From an uncultured Desulfospira sp. (GTDB lineage Bacteria > Desulfobacterota > Desulfobacteria > Desulfobacterales > Desulfobacteraceae), in the NCBI GenBank assembly GCA_963663165.1, contig OY760175.1:800001-864000 (forward strand): a stretch of DNA of 64,000 nucleotides. Reading direction: 5' to 3'. The translations under genes and the position numbers were made by a program. The notes under the pieces are model-generated. The model saw nothing but the letters and a program-made list of their open reading frames with translations, was not told the DNA's origin and searched no databases. Below, piece by piece: positions 36,316 to 47,028 of the stretch (position 1 is its first letter; every line of letters begins with the position of its first letter).

Positions 36316-37081
36316 CAACCAAATGCCCCGGATTTGGGAAAACAGACCCACCAGATAAAAGCCCATTCAGATCGGCGTACTGCCAGGTGTTGCCGCCATC
36401 GCCTGAAAAGCGGCACCCATAATAGTAAGTACCGGCTGTTCCCGCTGTGATGATTCCCACATATTCATCGTTATTTGAATACCCATTATAATTCAGGTTG
36501 CATTCAGCCGTCGTCCAGGTCATGTTCGCGGTATCAGGCGTTGATCCGATGCCAACTTGTGCCACCAGGACCGGGTGGGGATCACAGCCCATGGTCTGGT
36601 CGGTTAACCCTGAAACGTAAACCTGACCGTAAACATATATGGATGTCCCTGATACCGCTTGGGCGGACACCGGGTAAATCAGAATGGCCCAGTCAACGGT
36701 AAAGGTTTGGTTGGATAGACATTCGCTCTCATCGATTACGCCGTCACAATCGTTGTCGATACCGTCCGCACAAATTTCCTGCACACCGGGATTGATGCTG
36801 TAGGCCGCATCATCACAGTCACCGGTAACTGCGGTTAATTCAGATTCCGGATAGTAGTCTATCGGCTGGGCTTGAGCGTATTGAACCGTTCCATCTGAAT
36901 ACCCGTCACCGTCATAATCTTTATAATAGCCCAATGTACCGTAATATTGGGCAAATTGGGCCAAATCCGCGGCATCAATATCCCCATCGCCATCTGCGTC
37001 AAAACCACTGCCGTCAAAAGCATAAGCACTGATGGATAAAGCCATCCAGAAAACCAGTGCCGCGCCACAGATCTTTTTCAT
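36296..37081 (-). CDS. Secreted protein with EF-hand/dockerin-like repeat and MopE-like putative metal-binding motif
   Basis: Signal peptide; DADGDGDIDAADL; GDCDD..INPG.QEICADGIDNDCDGVIDE. Confidence 0.75.
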   Translation of the reverse strand: MKKICGAALVFWMALSISAYAFDGSGFDADGDGDIDAADLAQFAQYYGTLGYYKDYDGDGYSDGTVQYAQAQPIDYYPESELTAVTGDCDDAAYSINPGVQEICADGIDNDCDGVIDESECLSNQTFTVDWAILIYPVSAQAVSGTSIYVYGQVYVSGLTDQTMGCDPHPVLVAQVGIGSTPDTANMTWTTAECNLNYNGYSNNDEYVGIITAGTAGTYYYGCRFSGDGGNTWQYADLNGLLSGGSVFPNPGHLVVTPESE

Positions 37082-37195
37082 CACGCCTCCTGAATAGTTA
37101 CCAAAAATTTTAAATTCAAGATTCCAATGCGAATACATTTTTTTTATATGCGCCCAAGTATACAAAAACCATCAATCGTGGTAAAGCCTTAACTC

Positions 37196-40100
37196 ATGCG
37201 AAAAAAAGTCCTTGACCTCCTAAAGGTTTATGAAGAAGAAATCAGCCTGGTTTTATGGACAGCGGCCCTGCTGTTCATCATCCGGTGCGGCGGGATGATT
37301 TTAAACAACATGGCGGAAACCGCCTTTTTAAAGCGGTACGGTGTTGAGTTCATGCCCGTGGTCAATATGGCCAATGCCGTGGCCACCTTTTTTATCACCG
37401 GATTTTTAGCCGCCTTTCTAACCCGGATGCCCGGGGCCCGGCTGTTAATGGTTGTTTTTATTTTTTCAGGATTTCTCATTGCCGGGGTTCGGATGATCAT
37501 CCCTTTTGGATTTGATCTGGTTTACCCCTTTTTGTTCATGCTCAAAAGCCAGTTTGAGATGATCCAGGGCATGCTGTTCTGGAACATGTGCAACGATATT
37601 TTCAATACCCGCCAGTCCAAGCGCCTTTTTCCGCTCCTCACCGCCGGCGGGGTTATTGGCCTGATTTTAAGCAGCTTTGCCACGCCCTTTTTGGCCGCGA
37701 AATTCAGCCTTGACAACCTGTTGTACATTTATCTTTTCACTTCGCTTGCTGCCGCAGCCATGGTAAGGTCCATGGGAAAGCATTACCCGGCCATAATTTT
37801 CGGCGACAAGCCGGACAGACCGGTGGCGGAACAACCGTCCCTGACAGATGAATTTAAAAAAATCCTGCCCCTGATCAAGGAATCCACCCTGATTAAGATC
37901 GTGCTGCTCCTCAATTTCATGCCCAACGTGGTGATCCCCATTCTAAACTACCAGTTCAACTATGCCGTCAATGACCAGTTTGCCACGGAAGGGGCCATGA
38001 TCCAGTTTTTCGGATATTTTAAGGGAAGCCTGAACATTATCAGCTTGTTTATCCTGCTTTTTGTGGGGCGGATTTATGGAAAGTGGGGCCTTCCTGTGGC
38101 CCTCATGTTTCATCCCTTTAACTATATGCTGGCCTTTGCCGCGTTTTTGTTCCGGTTTGATGTTTTTTCCGCCATGTACGCCCGGATATCCACGGGTATC
38201 ATCCGGACCACCATTAATGTTCCGGCCAATTCCATTCTCATGGGGCTGTTTCCCGAATCTTACCGGAACCTGATCCGGCCCTTTTTGCGGGGCACTGTTG
38301 TCCGGGCCGCCCTGTTTACAGGCTCGTCACTGATCCTTGTCTTTGATGCCCTGTTTCATCCGAGATATTTGAGCCTGGTGGCCCTGCCCTTTGTTCTGGC
38401 CTGGTGTGCGGCCCCGTTTATCCTGCGGTCCCAATACGGATCTATTCTTCAAAACCTGATTTCAAATAACCTGCTGGACATTAAAAATTTTAATCCCAGA
38501 GAACTTTCCCAGGTGTTCAACCATAAAAAAGCCCTGGCCGACTTGGAACAGGGCTTTCTTAAGGCCAGAGGAAGGGATGCCATCTGGACCGCCGGCCTGT
38601 TAAAACAGCTGTCTTACAAAGGGTTGGACAAATTGATTCTTCAAACCCTTGACCGGCAGAACCCCGGTGACCAGCCGGCACTGATCAAACTGATGTCCCT
38701 TGATGCTCCGGATGAAATCAACCATAACCTTACCCGTTTCCTTGACCCTGAGAAGCCGGAAACCACCATAGCCATTCTTAAACGGCTTGCCCTTTTGAAA
38801 GGGGACCCTGTTTTTGGCCCCTTTCTGAAGGGGGTGGACCTGCATCCTTTTTTTTACAGCCCCCATCCGGTTCTCAGGGGCTTTGCCTGCGCCGGCCTTT
38901 ACCGGATGGACCCTGAATCCCATCAAGGATTTATAAAAGAATGGCTAACCGCATCGGATACGGATCTTTTGCAGTCCGGTATCATCAGTGCCGGGTTAAG
39001 CCGGAACCCCAAGTTTATCCCGGATCTGTTACAGATGCTGGACAACGCTCCCCCGGGGCAGTTGATCTGCGAAATCATTATTGCCCTTAAACGGCTCAAG
39101 GCAGAGAACCTGCAGGCCATTGCCCTTACTTACCTGTTTTATCCGGAACAACAGGTCAGATCCGCTGCCTTGAAATCTTTTAAAATTGTTGATGATCAAG
39201 CCTTGAAAACCGTTCTGCCGCTACTCGATGACCTGTCAGAAAATATTAGGCGGTTGGCCCGGACAAAAATTGAGAGCGCCCTTTTGGCCAATGACCGGCT
39301 GTCCGGGCAGGTCATGGTCAATTGCCTTGAAACCCCCTCTTCGAGAATGCGCAAAGAGTTGTTTATTCTTCTTGAAAATTTAGACATCAAGGGGTTTGAC
39401 GCCGTGCTGTTTGCAAAAACCCAGCTGTTTAAGGCCTGGGAATACCTGTCCATGGCCAAGGCGGTAACGGCCCTGCCCAAAAACCAATTTCAGCAGCTTT
39501 GCGAAAGACACTTGATCGAACAGCAGGAACGCACCCTGGAAAGCACTTTCCGGGTCCTTGCCATCCACGACCGGACCGGCCGGATGAGAACCGTTTATAA
39601 AGGCCTTTACTCCAACGATACCCGTCAGCGCAGCAATGCCGTTGAACTGCTGGGCAGCATTCTGGATACCAGAACCTTTAATATGGTGGCACCGCTTCTG
39701 GAAACCCCGGGCCTTCTGGCCTTAGACCAGGGTGAGAAATTTGTAAAAATCAAAAACCTGGCAGTGGATGGCAACCGCGCCATTTCAAAGCTGGTCTTTT
39801 CAAACGACTGGACCGATGTAATTTTTGGCATGGGCATGGCCCACGGTCACCCGGATCTGTTAACCCCGTATCAAGACAAATTAAGCCAATCGGACAATCC
39901 CGACATTGTAAAGGAATGCAAGATGATCCTGAACAAAAACAAGCACCTCAAATCCCAAAACCAATCCCATGATCCCAAGGAACTGACCATTGGAGAAAAA
40001 GTTCTGCTCTTAAAAGAGATCGAGATTTTCACGGGACTCAAAGCGGCGGAACTTGCCGCCATTGCGTCGGTTTGCCAGGAGCAGGCCTGTGAGCAGGGGC

Positions 40101-40423
40101 TGACGGTGATCCGGCAGGGGCAGCCTGGAGATATGGTATTTTTAGTCGTTACAGGACAGGTGGCGGTGATCAAAGAGTATGACGGCAAAGATGCGGCAGT
40201 ACTCGATCACATGGGCCCGGGGGATGCCTTCGGGGAAATGGCCCTGATTGAAGATGCCCCAAGATCCGCAACCATTAAGACCACGGAACCCTGCCGGTTT
40301 TTAACCCTCCATAAAGAGGAGTTCAAGGAGACGGTCATGGAGTTTCCCGGGATCGGCCTTAAAATCTGCTCTGTGCTTAGCCGGCGGATCCGGGACCTTC
40401 ACGAAAAATTCAAAACCTGTTGA
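37196..40423 (+). CDS. NTT/TLC-like MFS transporter fused to HEAT repeats and a cyclic-nucleotide-binding domain
   Basis: About 12 TM N-term with FWNMCNDIFNTRQSKRLFP; helical repeats; C-term IRQGQPGD..FGEMALIEDAPRSAT. Confidence 0.8.
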   Translation: MRKKVLDLLKVYEEEISLVLWTAALLFIIRCGGMILNNMAETAFLKRYGVEFMPVVNMANAVATFFITGFLAAFLTRMPGARLLMVVFIFSGFLIAGVRMIIPFGFDLVYPFLFMLKSQFEMIQGMLFWNMCNDIFNTRQSKRLFPLLTAGGVIGLILSSFATPFLAAKFSLDNLLYIYLFTSLAAAAMVRSMGKHYPAIIFGDKPDRPVAEQPSLTDEFKKILPLIKESTLIKIVLLLNFMPNVVIPILNYQFNYAVNDQFATEGAMIQFFGYFKGSLNIISLFILLFVGRIYGKWGLPVALMFHPFNYMLAFAAFLFRFDVFSAMYARISTGIIRTTINVPANSILMGLFPESYRNLIRPFLRGTVVRAALFTGSSLILVFDALFHPRYLSLVALPFVLAWCAAPFILRSQYGSILQNLISNNLLDIKNFNPRELSQVFNHKKALADLEQGFLKARGRDAIWTAGLLKQLSYKGLDKLILQTLDRQNPGDQPALIKLMSLDAPDEINHNLTRFLDPEKPETTIAILKRLALLKGDPVFGPFLKGVDLHPFFYSPHPVLRGFACAGLYRMDPESHQGFIKEWLTASDTDLLQSGIISAGLSRNPKFIPDLLQMLDNAPPGQLICEIIIALKRLKAENLQAIALTYLFYPEQQVRSAALKSFKIVDDQALKTVLPLLDDLSENIRRLARTKIESALLANDRLSGQVMVNCLETPSSRMRKELFILLENLDIKGFDAVLFAKTQLFKAWEYLSMAKAVTALPKNQFQQLCERHLIEQQERTLESTFRVLAIHDRTGRMRTVYKGLYSNDTRQRSNAVELLGSILDTRTFNMVAPLLETPGLLALDQGEKFVKIKNLAVDGNRAISKLVFSNDWTDVIFGMGMAHGHPDLLTPYQDKLSQSDNPDIVKECKMILNKNKHLKSQNQSHDPKELTIGEKVLLLKEIEIFTGLKAAELAAIASVCQEQACEQGLTVIRQGQPGDMVFLVVTGQVAVIKEYDGKDAAVLDHMGPGDAFGEMALIEDAPRSATIKTTEPCRFLTLHKEEFKETVMEFPGIGLKICSVLSRRIRDLHEKFKTC

Positions 40424-41303
40424 TGTGATGGCGAACTGTTTTTTCAGCAAACAGTATCATTTCAAGGGCAATATCTTTTCCCGTGGCCGCCTCAAGCCCC
40501 CTGAAACCCGGAGAATAATTCACTTCAATGACCAGGGGTGAGCCGGTCCGGTCAATCATCATGTCCACACCGGCAATCACAAGCTTGCAGGCCCTGGCTG
40601 CGGCCACGGCACACTCCGCCCATTGTTCCGGGATATTTAAAATTCCTTTGGCATGGCCGGACTGGTGGATATTGGCCCTGAAATCATTGGATTTCGGGGT
40701 CAGCGCCATGCCGGCGGCCGCTTTTTCCCCAATGACCAGAACCCTGATGTCCTTGCGTTGTTCAGGGGGAAGAAACGTTTGGAGCAGCACCCCCTTGGCA
40801 GGATTTAACTGTTCTTTAAGATAAGTCTCGGCCATGCCTTTATGATCAATTTTAGCCACCCCGTCACCGCCCATGCCGTCCACCTGTTTGGCCACCAGGG
40901 GATAGCCGCCAAGACGGTCAACGGCATTGAAAAATTTGTCCGGCCGGGTAATAAAGCAGGTCTCAGGGATGGGAATGGCGGCCTCTTTTAAGGCCTGAAG
41001 GGTTTTGAACTGGTTTTTGGCCAGGGTGATGCCCGCCACACCGTTGGCCAAAAGAACGCCCATGCGTTCAAAATGGTTGAGCAGAACAAATCCGTAATCT
41101 CCCATGGGAGAGCCCTGGCGGGGGAAAATAAGATCGGGGGGCTGGTCCATGCCGTCAAAGGAGGGGCCGTTTTCATCTAAAACAGGGACCAGGTGATAGG
41201 GGTTAATCACCCGCAGGTCGTGCCCCCTGGACCGGGCCGCCTGTTTAAGCCGCCTGGAGGGATGAAAGTGATGATCATTGACACTGATAACGGCCAGTCT
41301 CAT
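40410..41303 (-). CDS. RimK family ATP-grasp ligase
   Basis: IPIPET, GGYPLVAK..GMGGDGV, DIRVLVIG, DFRANIH, GVDM..EVNYSPGFRGLE. Confidence 0.88.
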   Translation of the reverse strand: MRLAVISVNDHHFHPSRRLKQAARSRGHDLRVINPYHLVPVLDENGPSFDGMDQPPDLIFPRQGSPMGDYGFVLLNHFERMGVLLANGVAGITLAKNQFKTLQALKEAAIPIPETCFITRPDKFFNAVDRLGGYPLVAKQVDGMGGDGVAKIDHKGMAETYLKEQLNPAKGVLLQTFLPPEQRKDIRVLVIGEKAAAGMALTPKSNDFRANIHQSGHAKGILNIPEQWAECAVAAARACKLVIAGVDMMIDRTGSPLVIEVNYSPGFRGLEAATGKDIALEMILFAEKTVRHHINRF

Positions 41304-42535
41304 TGGTTCAGCTCTGGAATTTGAGAAATCATATGCTCGGGCACCCATACCCCCATGGGCTTGTTCAGTTTGGTGCTAAAATAGGTCAGCACCTTCCGGG
41401 TGTTGTTTCTTATGGCAATTTTCTGAACCGCCAGGTTTTTTTCATCAATAATCGAGAACACCTTATACGGGGCCGCATTGGCGGTCAACCCTGCCAGCAG
41501 CTCTTTGCCCACGCCATGTGCCCGGTATTCGGGGCGAACCGAGGTATACCCCCTTTCCACAAAACCGGTAAAATCCACCCCGGTCATCTTTTTTAAGCGG
41601 GCGATAAATTCAATTCTAGGGTGTTTGAGGCTGGAGTTGCCCACAATCACCCCGTTTTCCATGGCGTATCCGATCAGATGGGCCTTTTCAAGGTTGGCCC
41701 TGACATGGGTGATGTCAACGGATCCGCCGGCATCCACCATTCTACAGATTTCATCCAGAAATCCAGGGGGCAGGTCTTTGGGCGGCTCAAAGGTATAGGT
41801 GATCGCACTTCCCAGCCGGATCAACCGGGATGTGTCAGGCGCCAGTCGAAGCCCTGAAAGTTCCTTGACCGAATAAAGGTTAAGGCCGGCCAGAATCCCC
41901 TGTGCCTTGCCAAGGATTTTCCAGACCGGTTCCCCTGGAATAGGCGCTGTTTTTGAATAGGCCTGATATTTTAAAACATCCTGGGATGACGTGTTTACCG
42001 CATCATCACTGTCATAAGAGTGGACAATATTGGCATTGTCAAACATAAATTTTTTCATGTCAGTGGAAAGGTTTCCGGTGATCAGATTCTTGCCTGCCAC
42101 ATGGTTCCAGATCTCCAGTTTGGACACCTTCCACAGTCCCTGGGTATCAAAGGTTTTTAAGTTTTCAGGACAAATCCAGACCATCAGTCTCAGCCCGAGT
42201 GAAGAAAGATGGGTTATTGTTTCAAGATCGGTATCCGGCAAAGGGGCGCCAAGCTCCAGGACAATGCCGAATTTTATCTGTCCATGGTTCTCGTCAAGCC
42301 ATGGCGTAAGTTGGGGCAGATAAGCGGACACGCCTGCCCGGTTGTCCGGTGAAATGGTGTCAAAAATAAAGCCGGTAACACCATTTTCAGTGATTCGGCC
42401 ATTTAAAAAACGCTTAAAATCGCGGCTGTCCTGAAAATCAGATATACAGACCTGTTCAATCCGTTCCTGTTCAAGTTCAGGATAAAAGGGCAGGTCTTTG
42501 ACGGACAGCTGGTGGGTTTCGGGCATGGTTGTCAT
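41300..42535 (-). CDS. Protein with C-terminal GNAT acetyltransferase domain
   Basis: GYTSVRPEYRAHGVGKEL (acetyl-CoA motif A); N-terminal ~240 aa unassigned; ATGA overlap with the RimK gene. Confidence 0.7.
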   Translation of the reverse strand: MTTMPETHQLSVKDLPFYPELEQERIEQVCISDFQDSRDFKRFLNGRITENGVTGFIFDTISPDNRAGVSAYLPQLTPWLDENHGQIKFGIVLELGAPLPDTDLETITHLSSLGLRLMVWICPENLKTFDTQGLWKVSKLEIWNHVAGKNLITGNLSTDMKKFMFDNANIVHSYDSDDAVNTSSQDVLKYQAYSKTAPIPGEPVWKILGKAQGILAGLNLYSVKELSGLRLAPDTSRLIRLGSAITYTFEPPKDLPPGFLDEICRMVDAGGSVDITHVRANLEKAHLIGYAMENGVIVGNSSLKHPRIEFIARLKKMTGVDFTGFVERGYTSVRPEYRAHGVGKELLAGLTANAAPYKVFSIIDEKNLAVQKIAIRNNTRKVLTYFSTKLNKPMGVWVPEHMISQIPELNQ

Positions 42536-43003
42536 CGCAAGTTTTTGTTTGAAAACTCAATCCAGTGGATATCTGACCTTTACACGCCCGGCATTATTTT
42601 TTCAATGGTTTTTCTGATGGTTTGGCACCAAACCACAAAATCGGCACCCAAACCAATTTTTTTACCGGTAAATTTTATGATGTAAAAAAAGGAAACCGGA
42701 AGGAAGGGAGACGGGAAACCGAAACCGTCAAGTTCCCTGGTTTGAGCGGTAGGGTTGGAGCGATAGAGGTCGGATGCCGGGTTCCCTTGGAGCCCGGTCG
42801 GGTGGGCAAAAGCGAAGCGTTGCCCACCATTGTCCGTATAACATTTTGTTTTTGAAGGACAAATAAAACGGGCTCACGCTAACTACCGGCTTGAGACTCG
42901 GTTTATGGGACTTGGGTAGGCCGTGGATACTGCAATCCCCAAGTCTCATATCCCAAGTCCCAAGTCCTTTTTTTTGAAGATTAACCACCTGCCAAGAGCT
43001 TTC

Positions 43004-43043
43004 AAAAAAAACTGCCGCTTCCACAGGCATGTGGAAGCGGCAG
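43004..43043 (-). terminator. Rho-independent terminator of glnK-amtB
   Basis: CTGCCGCTTCCACA / TGTGGAAGCGGCAG stem followed by T8 on the minus strand. Confidence 0.85.
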
Positions 43044-43075
43044 GTCGGGCTAAAGGCCGGAATTAAAGGAGAGGA

Positions 43076-44491
43076 TTAAGCTTCGCCGGCCAGGTTTTTG
43101 GCGGAATAGCTGGCAGCGGATTCGGAGAGCTTGCTGCCGCCGGAGCCGGAGGAAAAAGACCCCATGCCGCCATGGTTAATGGTTGTAAAGTCAGGATAAG
43201 CACTGCCGCCGTGTTCTGTAGAATCAAGCCCTTCAAGTTCTTCTTCCATGGAAACCCGAAGACCAACTGTCATGTCAATAATCTTGAACAGCGCATAAGC
43301 AGTGCAGAAAGTCCAGACAAAGCAGGCCACAATACCGATGACCTGAACACTTAAAATTTTAAAAGTAACGCCTTCAATGTTGAAGAGACCGGCAGCCAGG
43401 GTACCCCAGGCACCGTTGATACCGTGAACTGAAATGGCACCCACCGGGTCGTCAATCTTGATTTTGTCAAAGAACAGAACAGCGAACACAACCAGGACAC
43501 CGGCAACCAGGCCGATAATGATGGCACTTGAGGGGGTGACGTTGGCGCAGCCGGCGGTAATACCAACCAGGCCAGCCAGGGCACCGTTAAGGCTCATGCC
43601 GACTTCGGGCTTGCCAAACTTGATCCAGGAAACAATCATGGCCGCAACACAGCCGGCGGCAGCAGCCAGGTTGGTGTTAACAAAAATCATGGCAATGTCT
43701 TTGCAGGCAGCGGTGGTAGAGCCGGGGTTAAATCCGAACCAGCCAATCCACAGGATAAATACGCCAAGGGCTGCCAGGGGGATATTGTGACCAAGAATGG
43801 GCTTAACATTGCCCTTTGCATCATATTTGCCAAGACGGGGCCCAAGAACCAGGGCACCGGCCAGAGCAGCCCAGCCACCCACAGAGTGAACTACCGTGGA
43901 ACCGGCAAAGTCGATGAAACCAAGGCCTTCAAGCCATCCGGAACCGTTGAACAGGCTGCCCCATGCCCAGGAACCAAAAATCGGGTAAATCAGAGCAGAT
44001 ACAACCGCCGTGTAAATCAGGTAAGAGGTAAATTTGGTTCTTTCAGCCATGGCACCGGAAACAATGGTAGCGGCGGTGGCGGCAAATACGACCTGGAACA
44101 TCCAGAATGCCAGAACCCACGGATCCCCGCCCACTTCAAAATCGCTTAAGAAAAAGCCGCTGGTGCCAAAAAAACCGGTTTTGGAGGCACCGAACATCAG
44201 GCCAAACCCAATGGCCCAGTAAAACAATGACCCCATGGAAAAGTCCATTAAGTTTTTCATCATAATGTTAATGGCATTTTTGGCCCGGGTAAATCCGGCT
44301 TCCACCATGGCAAATCCAGCCTGCATAAAAAAGACCAGGGCTGCGGCAATCAGGGTCCAGACATAATCGGCATGGGTCTGTACAAGTTCAATGGCTTCCT
44401 TGTTGGTCAGAACTGTAGGGGCATCATCGCCGGCCCAAACCGTAGAAATCGTACAGATTAAACTAAGGGTAATCATAACCAGATATTTCAT
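43076..44491 (-). CDS. amtB: Ammonium transporter
   Basis: FMQAGFAMVEAG, DFAGSTVVHSVGG, WFGFNPGS, DDPVGAISVHG. Confidence 0.96.
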   Translation of the reverse strand: MKYLVMITLSLICTISTVWAGDDAPTVLTNKEAIELVQTHADYVWTLIAAALVFFMQAGFAMVEAGFTRAKNAINIMMKNLMDFSMGSLFYWAIGFGLMFGASKTGFFGTSGFFLSDFEVGGDPWVLAFWMFQVVFAATAATIVSGAMAERTKFTSYLIYTAVVSALIYPIFGSWAWGSLFNGSGWLEGLGFIDFAGSTVVHSVGGWAALAGALVLGPRLGKYDAKGNVKPILGHNIPLAALGVFILWIGWFGFNPGSTTAACKDIAMIFVNTNLAAAAGCVAAMIVSWIKFGKPEVGMSLNGALAGLVGITAGCANVTPSSAIIIGLVAGVLVVFAVLFFDKIKIDDPVGAISVHGINGAWGTLAAGLFNIEGVTFKILSVQVIGIVACFVWTFCTAYALFKIIDMTVGLRVSMEEELEGLDSTEHGGSAYPDFTTINHGGMGSFSSGSGGSKLSESAASYSAKNLAGEA

Positions 44492-44536
44492 TTTTTAAAA
44501 TCTCCTTAAAATAAATAATATTAATGGTGTTAACGT

Positions 44537-44914
<378 letters not shown>

Positions 44915-44949
44915 TTAATTTGTCCTTCGTTATGCTTGAATTTTATTAG

Positions 44950-44965
44950 AGCAAAACAGGTGCCA
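44950..44965 (-). promoter_or_regulatory. Sigma-54 promoter of glnK-amtB
   Basis: TGGCACCTGTTTTGCT. Confidence 0.85.
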
Positions 44966-45064
44966 AGATGAAAAAAAGTTTTATTTTTTAGATAACTATT
45001 TGAAAATATGGGTGATAAAATTATCAGACAAGCATTAGGAGAGCTTGCAGGACTATTTATGAAA

Positions 45065-45101
45065 TTACAATTATGGAATATTTTTTATTCCCAAATTGTA
45101 A
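45065..45101. promoter_or_regulatory. Palindromic candidate regulator site upstream of glnK
   Basis: TTACAATTATGGAATA ... TATTCCCAAATTGTAA (14/16 inverted match). Confidence 0.5.
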
Positions 45102-45298
45102 CTTCATAGAAGCGACAAAAAATTGCACGAATTTAGCTACAATTTTGTTATTACATTCAAAAATAACGATAAGCGAACAGGAATATTCGCATGCATCAGG
45201 CGGACTGATGGGGAATCGTTCCGGACCAAAATTGAATTGGAGACCGTAGACCAGAAGGTTTCACCCGGGACACTGGAACAGCGGATTCCCTTGTTAAT

Positions 45299-45430
45299 GG
45301 CGGGTTTCGCTACGCTCAGCCCACCCTGCCGGACGAACACGGACAGTCACGGACGATCACAGACACACAGACGGACACAGACCTGAGCCATGTCCGTGTC
45401 CGTCCTTGTTCGTCCGTGTCTGTCCGTGTT
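45299..45430. repeat. REP-like palindrome plus inverted (CACRGAC)n array
   Basis: ggcgggtttcgctacgctcagcccaccct; cacggac/cacagac repeats and gtccgtg complements. Confidence 0.7.
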
Positions 45431-45507
45431 TTTTTCATCAGGCCCGTTACAACCTCAGAACTTTGAGGAATCGCAACACCGGCTTTCCTGTTTCCGGCTT
45501 CCAGGTC

Positions 45508-46236
45508 TTACCGCCCGCAATGGCAATAGCTTGAAAGCCCGAGAATCCTGGCTGGGGCGCTGATGGTCACCCCGAAAAACACGGCCGGTTTCCCGGAATT
45601 GATAAAATGGGTAATGGACCCGTTGACGATGGTCGACCCGGTGGCAAAGATCATGTCGCACCAGTTAAGGCCGTCTTGAAAATTTTCGCCAGACTCTATG
45701 GTGACGCCAAACTTTACCGTCCCCACATTGTCCGGGTCAAGATCAAGGGCACGCATGGTATTCTGACGGGCCAGATACTCCAGGAACCTTGGCTGAAGGC
45801 CGACCAATAAAATCTTTTTGCCGGAAAATTCCGGCTCTTTAATCAGGTTTTCGGCACATTCCACCGGTTCCTTGTCTTTGCAGTGGATGGTCTTGCCGCA
45901 AAGGTCTAAGGACCGGTATACGGCATTAAGGCCTGCGATAAAAATCGCCCGTTCATTGGTTTTGGTGTGGTCTATGTTCAGCAGCCCGTCCACTGTCAGG
46001 GTAATATCCGTATACTCATCGGTAAATGCCTGGCCGGCCGCACCATCAAACATGGCCTCCATCATGACCTCCCTTCCCTTGATAATGGGATAATCATCAT
46101 GATCGGGCTTGCCGATGGCCTCATTGGCGGTCAGGGGCTTGCATTTAATATCAATCTTTTTATCGGCCAGGTGATGACGGTCAGCTTCTGATCTTAACGC
46201 CTCTTTTAAGCGAATGTAAATCTCATTAATATCCAT
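45508..46236 (-). CDS. DUF364-like Rossmann-fold protein
   Basis: EAIGKP..DYPIIKGRE, ATGSTIVNG; follows modABC. Confidence 0.7.
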   Translation of the reverse strand: MDINEIYIRLKEALRSEADRHHLADKKIDIKCKPLTANEAIGKPDHDDYPIIKGREVMMEAMFDGAAGQAFTDEYTDITLTVDGLLNIDHTKTNERAIFIAGLNAVYRSLDLCGKTIHCKDKEPVECAENLIKEPEFSGKKILLVGLQPRFLEYLARQNTMRALDLDPDNVGTVKFGVTIESGENFQDGLNWCDMIFATGSTIVNGSITHFINSGKPAVFFGVTISAPARILGLSSYCHCGR

Positions 46237-46301
46237 TGTCGTTCCTTAACTTTGATGATTTATAGCCTCAAGTGTTTATTTTGAAGCCCTATTTGATTTA
46301 A

Positions 46302-47015
46302 TCAGCAAAAGGGCTTGGAAATATAATGCTCGGGCATTCCATTAAAGAAGGGTACCATATTTTCCGGCATCAAATCCATTTTTTGCCAAAATTTTTTTAA
46401 CCGCCCGTCTTCCATGACCAGAACCCGGTCGGCTAGCTGCCGGGCTTCCTTCAAATCATGGGTGACAAACAAGGTGGTCAGCTCTAACTGTTCTTGAATT
46501 CGCTTAAATTCGGCCCTGAGATACTGGGCTGTTTCGTAATCCAGGTGAGACAAGGGTTCATCTAGAAGCAGCAAATCAGGCTTTCCGGCAATGGTTCTGG
46601 CCATGGCCACCCGTTGTTTTTCACCGCCGCTGATCTGGGCAGGGTAACTTTTGGCCAGTTTTTTTATCCTGAACAGCTCAAGAAGTGAGCCAACTTTTTC
46701 CTGAACCTGGGCCTTTTTCAGTCCCAGGGTTTTCATGGCAATCTTTATGTTCTGGGATACCGTCATGTGGGGGAAAAGATAAAGATCCTGAAACAGATAA
46801 CCGATCCTGCGGCGATGGGACGGCAGGCAATGAACCGGCCGGCCATCCAGCAGAATCTGCCCGGAATGGGGAATAAACCCTGCCAGGATATTTAGAAAGG
46901 AAGATTTCCCGGCACCGGACGGGCCGATGAGCACCATTAGTTCACCCTTCCGGATCTCAAGGTGGTCAACCTTGACAAAAGAGGACTTGATGTCGTTTAC
47001 GACCAGATGGCTCAT
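46302..47015 (-). CDS. modC: Molybdate ABC transporter ATP-binding protein
   Basis: GPSGAGKS, LFPHMTV, ISGGEKQR, LLDEP; operon context. Confidence 0.8.
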   Translation of the reverse strand: MSHLVVNDIKSSFVKVDHLEIRKGELMVLIGPSGAGKSSFLNILAGFIPHSGQILLDGRPVHCLPSHRRRIGYLFQDLYLFPHMTVSQNIKIAMKTLGLKKAQVQEKVGSLLELFRIKKLAKSYPAQISGGEKQRVAMARTIAGKPDLLLLDEPLSHLDYETAQYLRAEFKRIQEQLELTTLFVTHDLKEARQLADRVLVMEDGRLKKFWQKMDLMPENMVPFFNGMPEHYISKPFC

Positions 47016-47028
47016 GGACAAATCTCCT

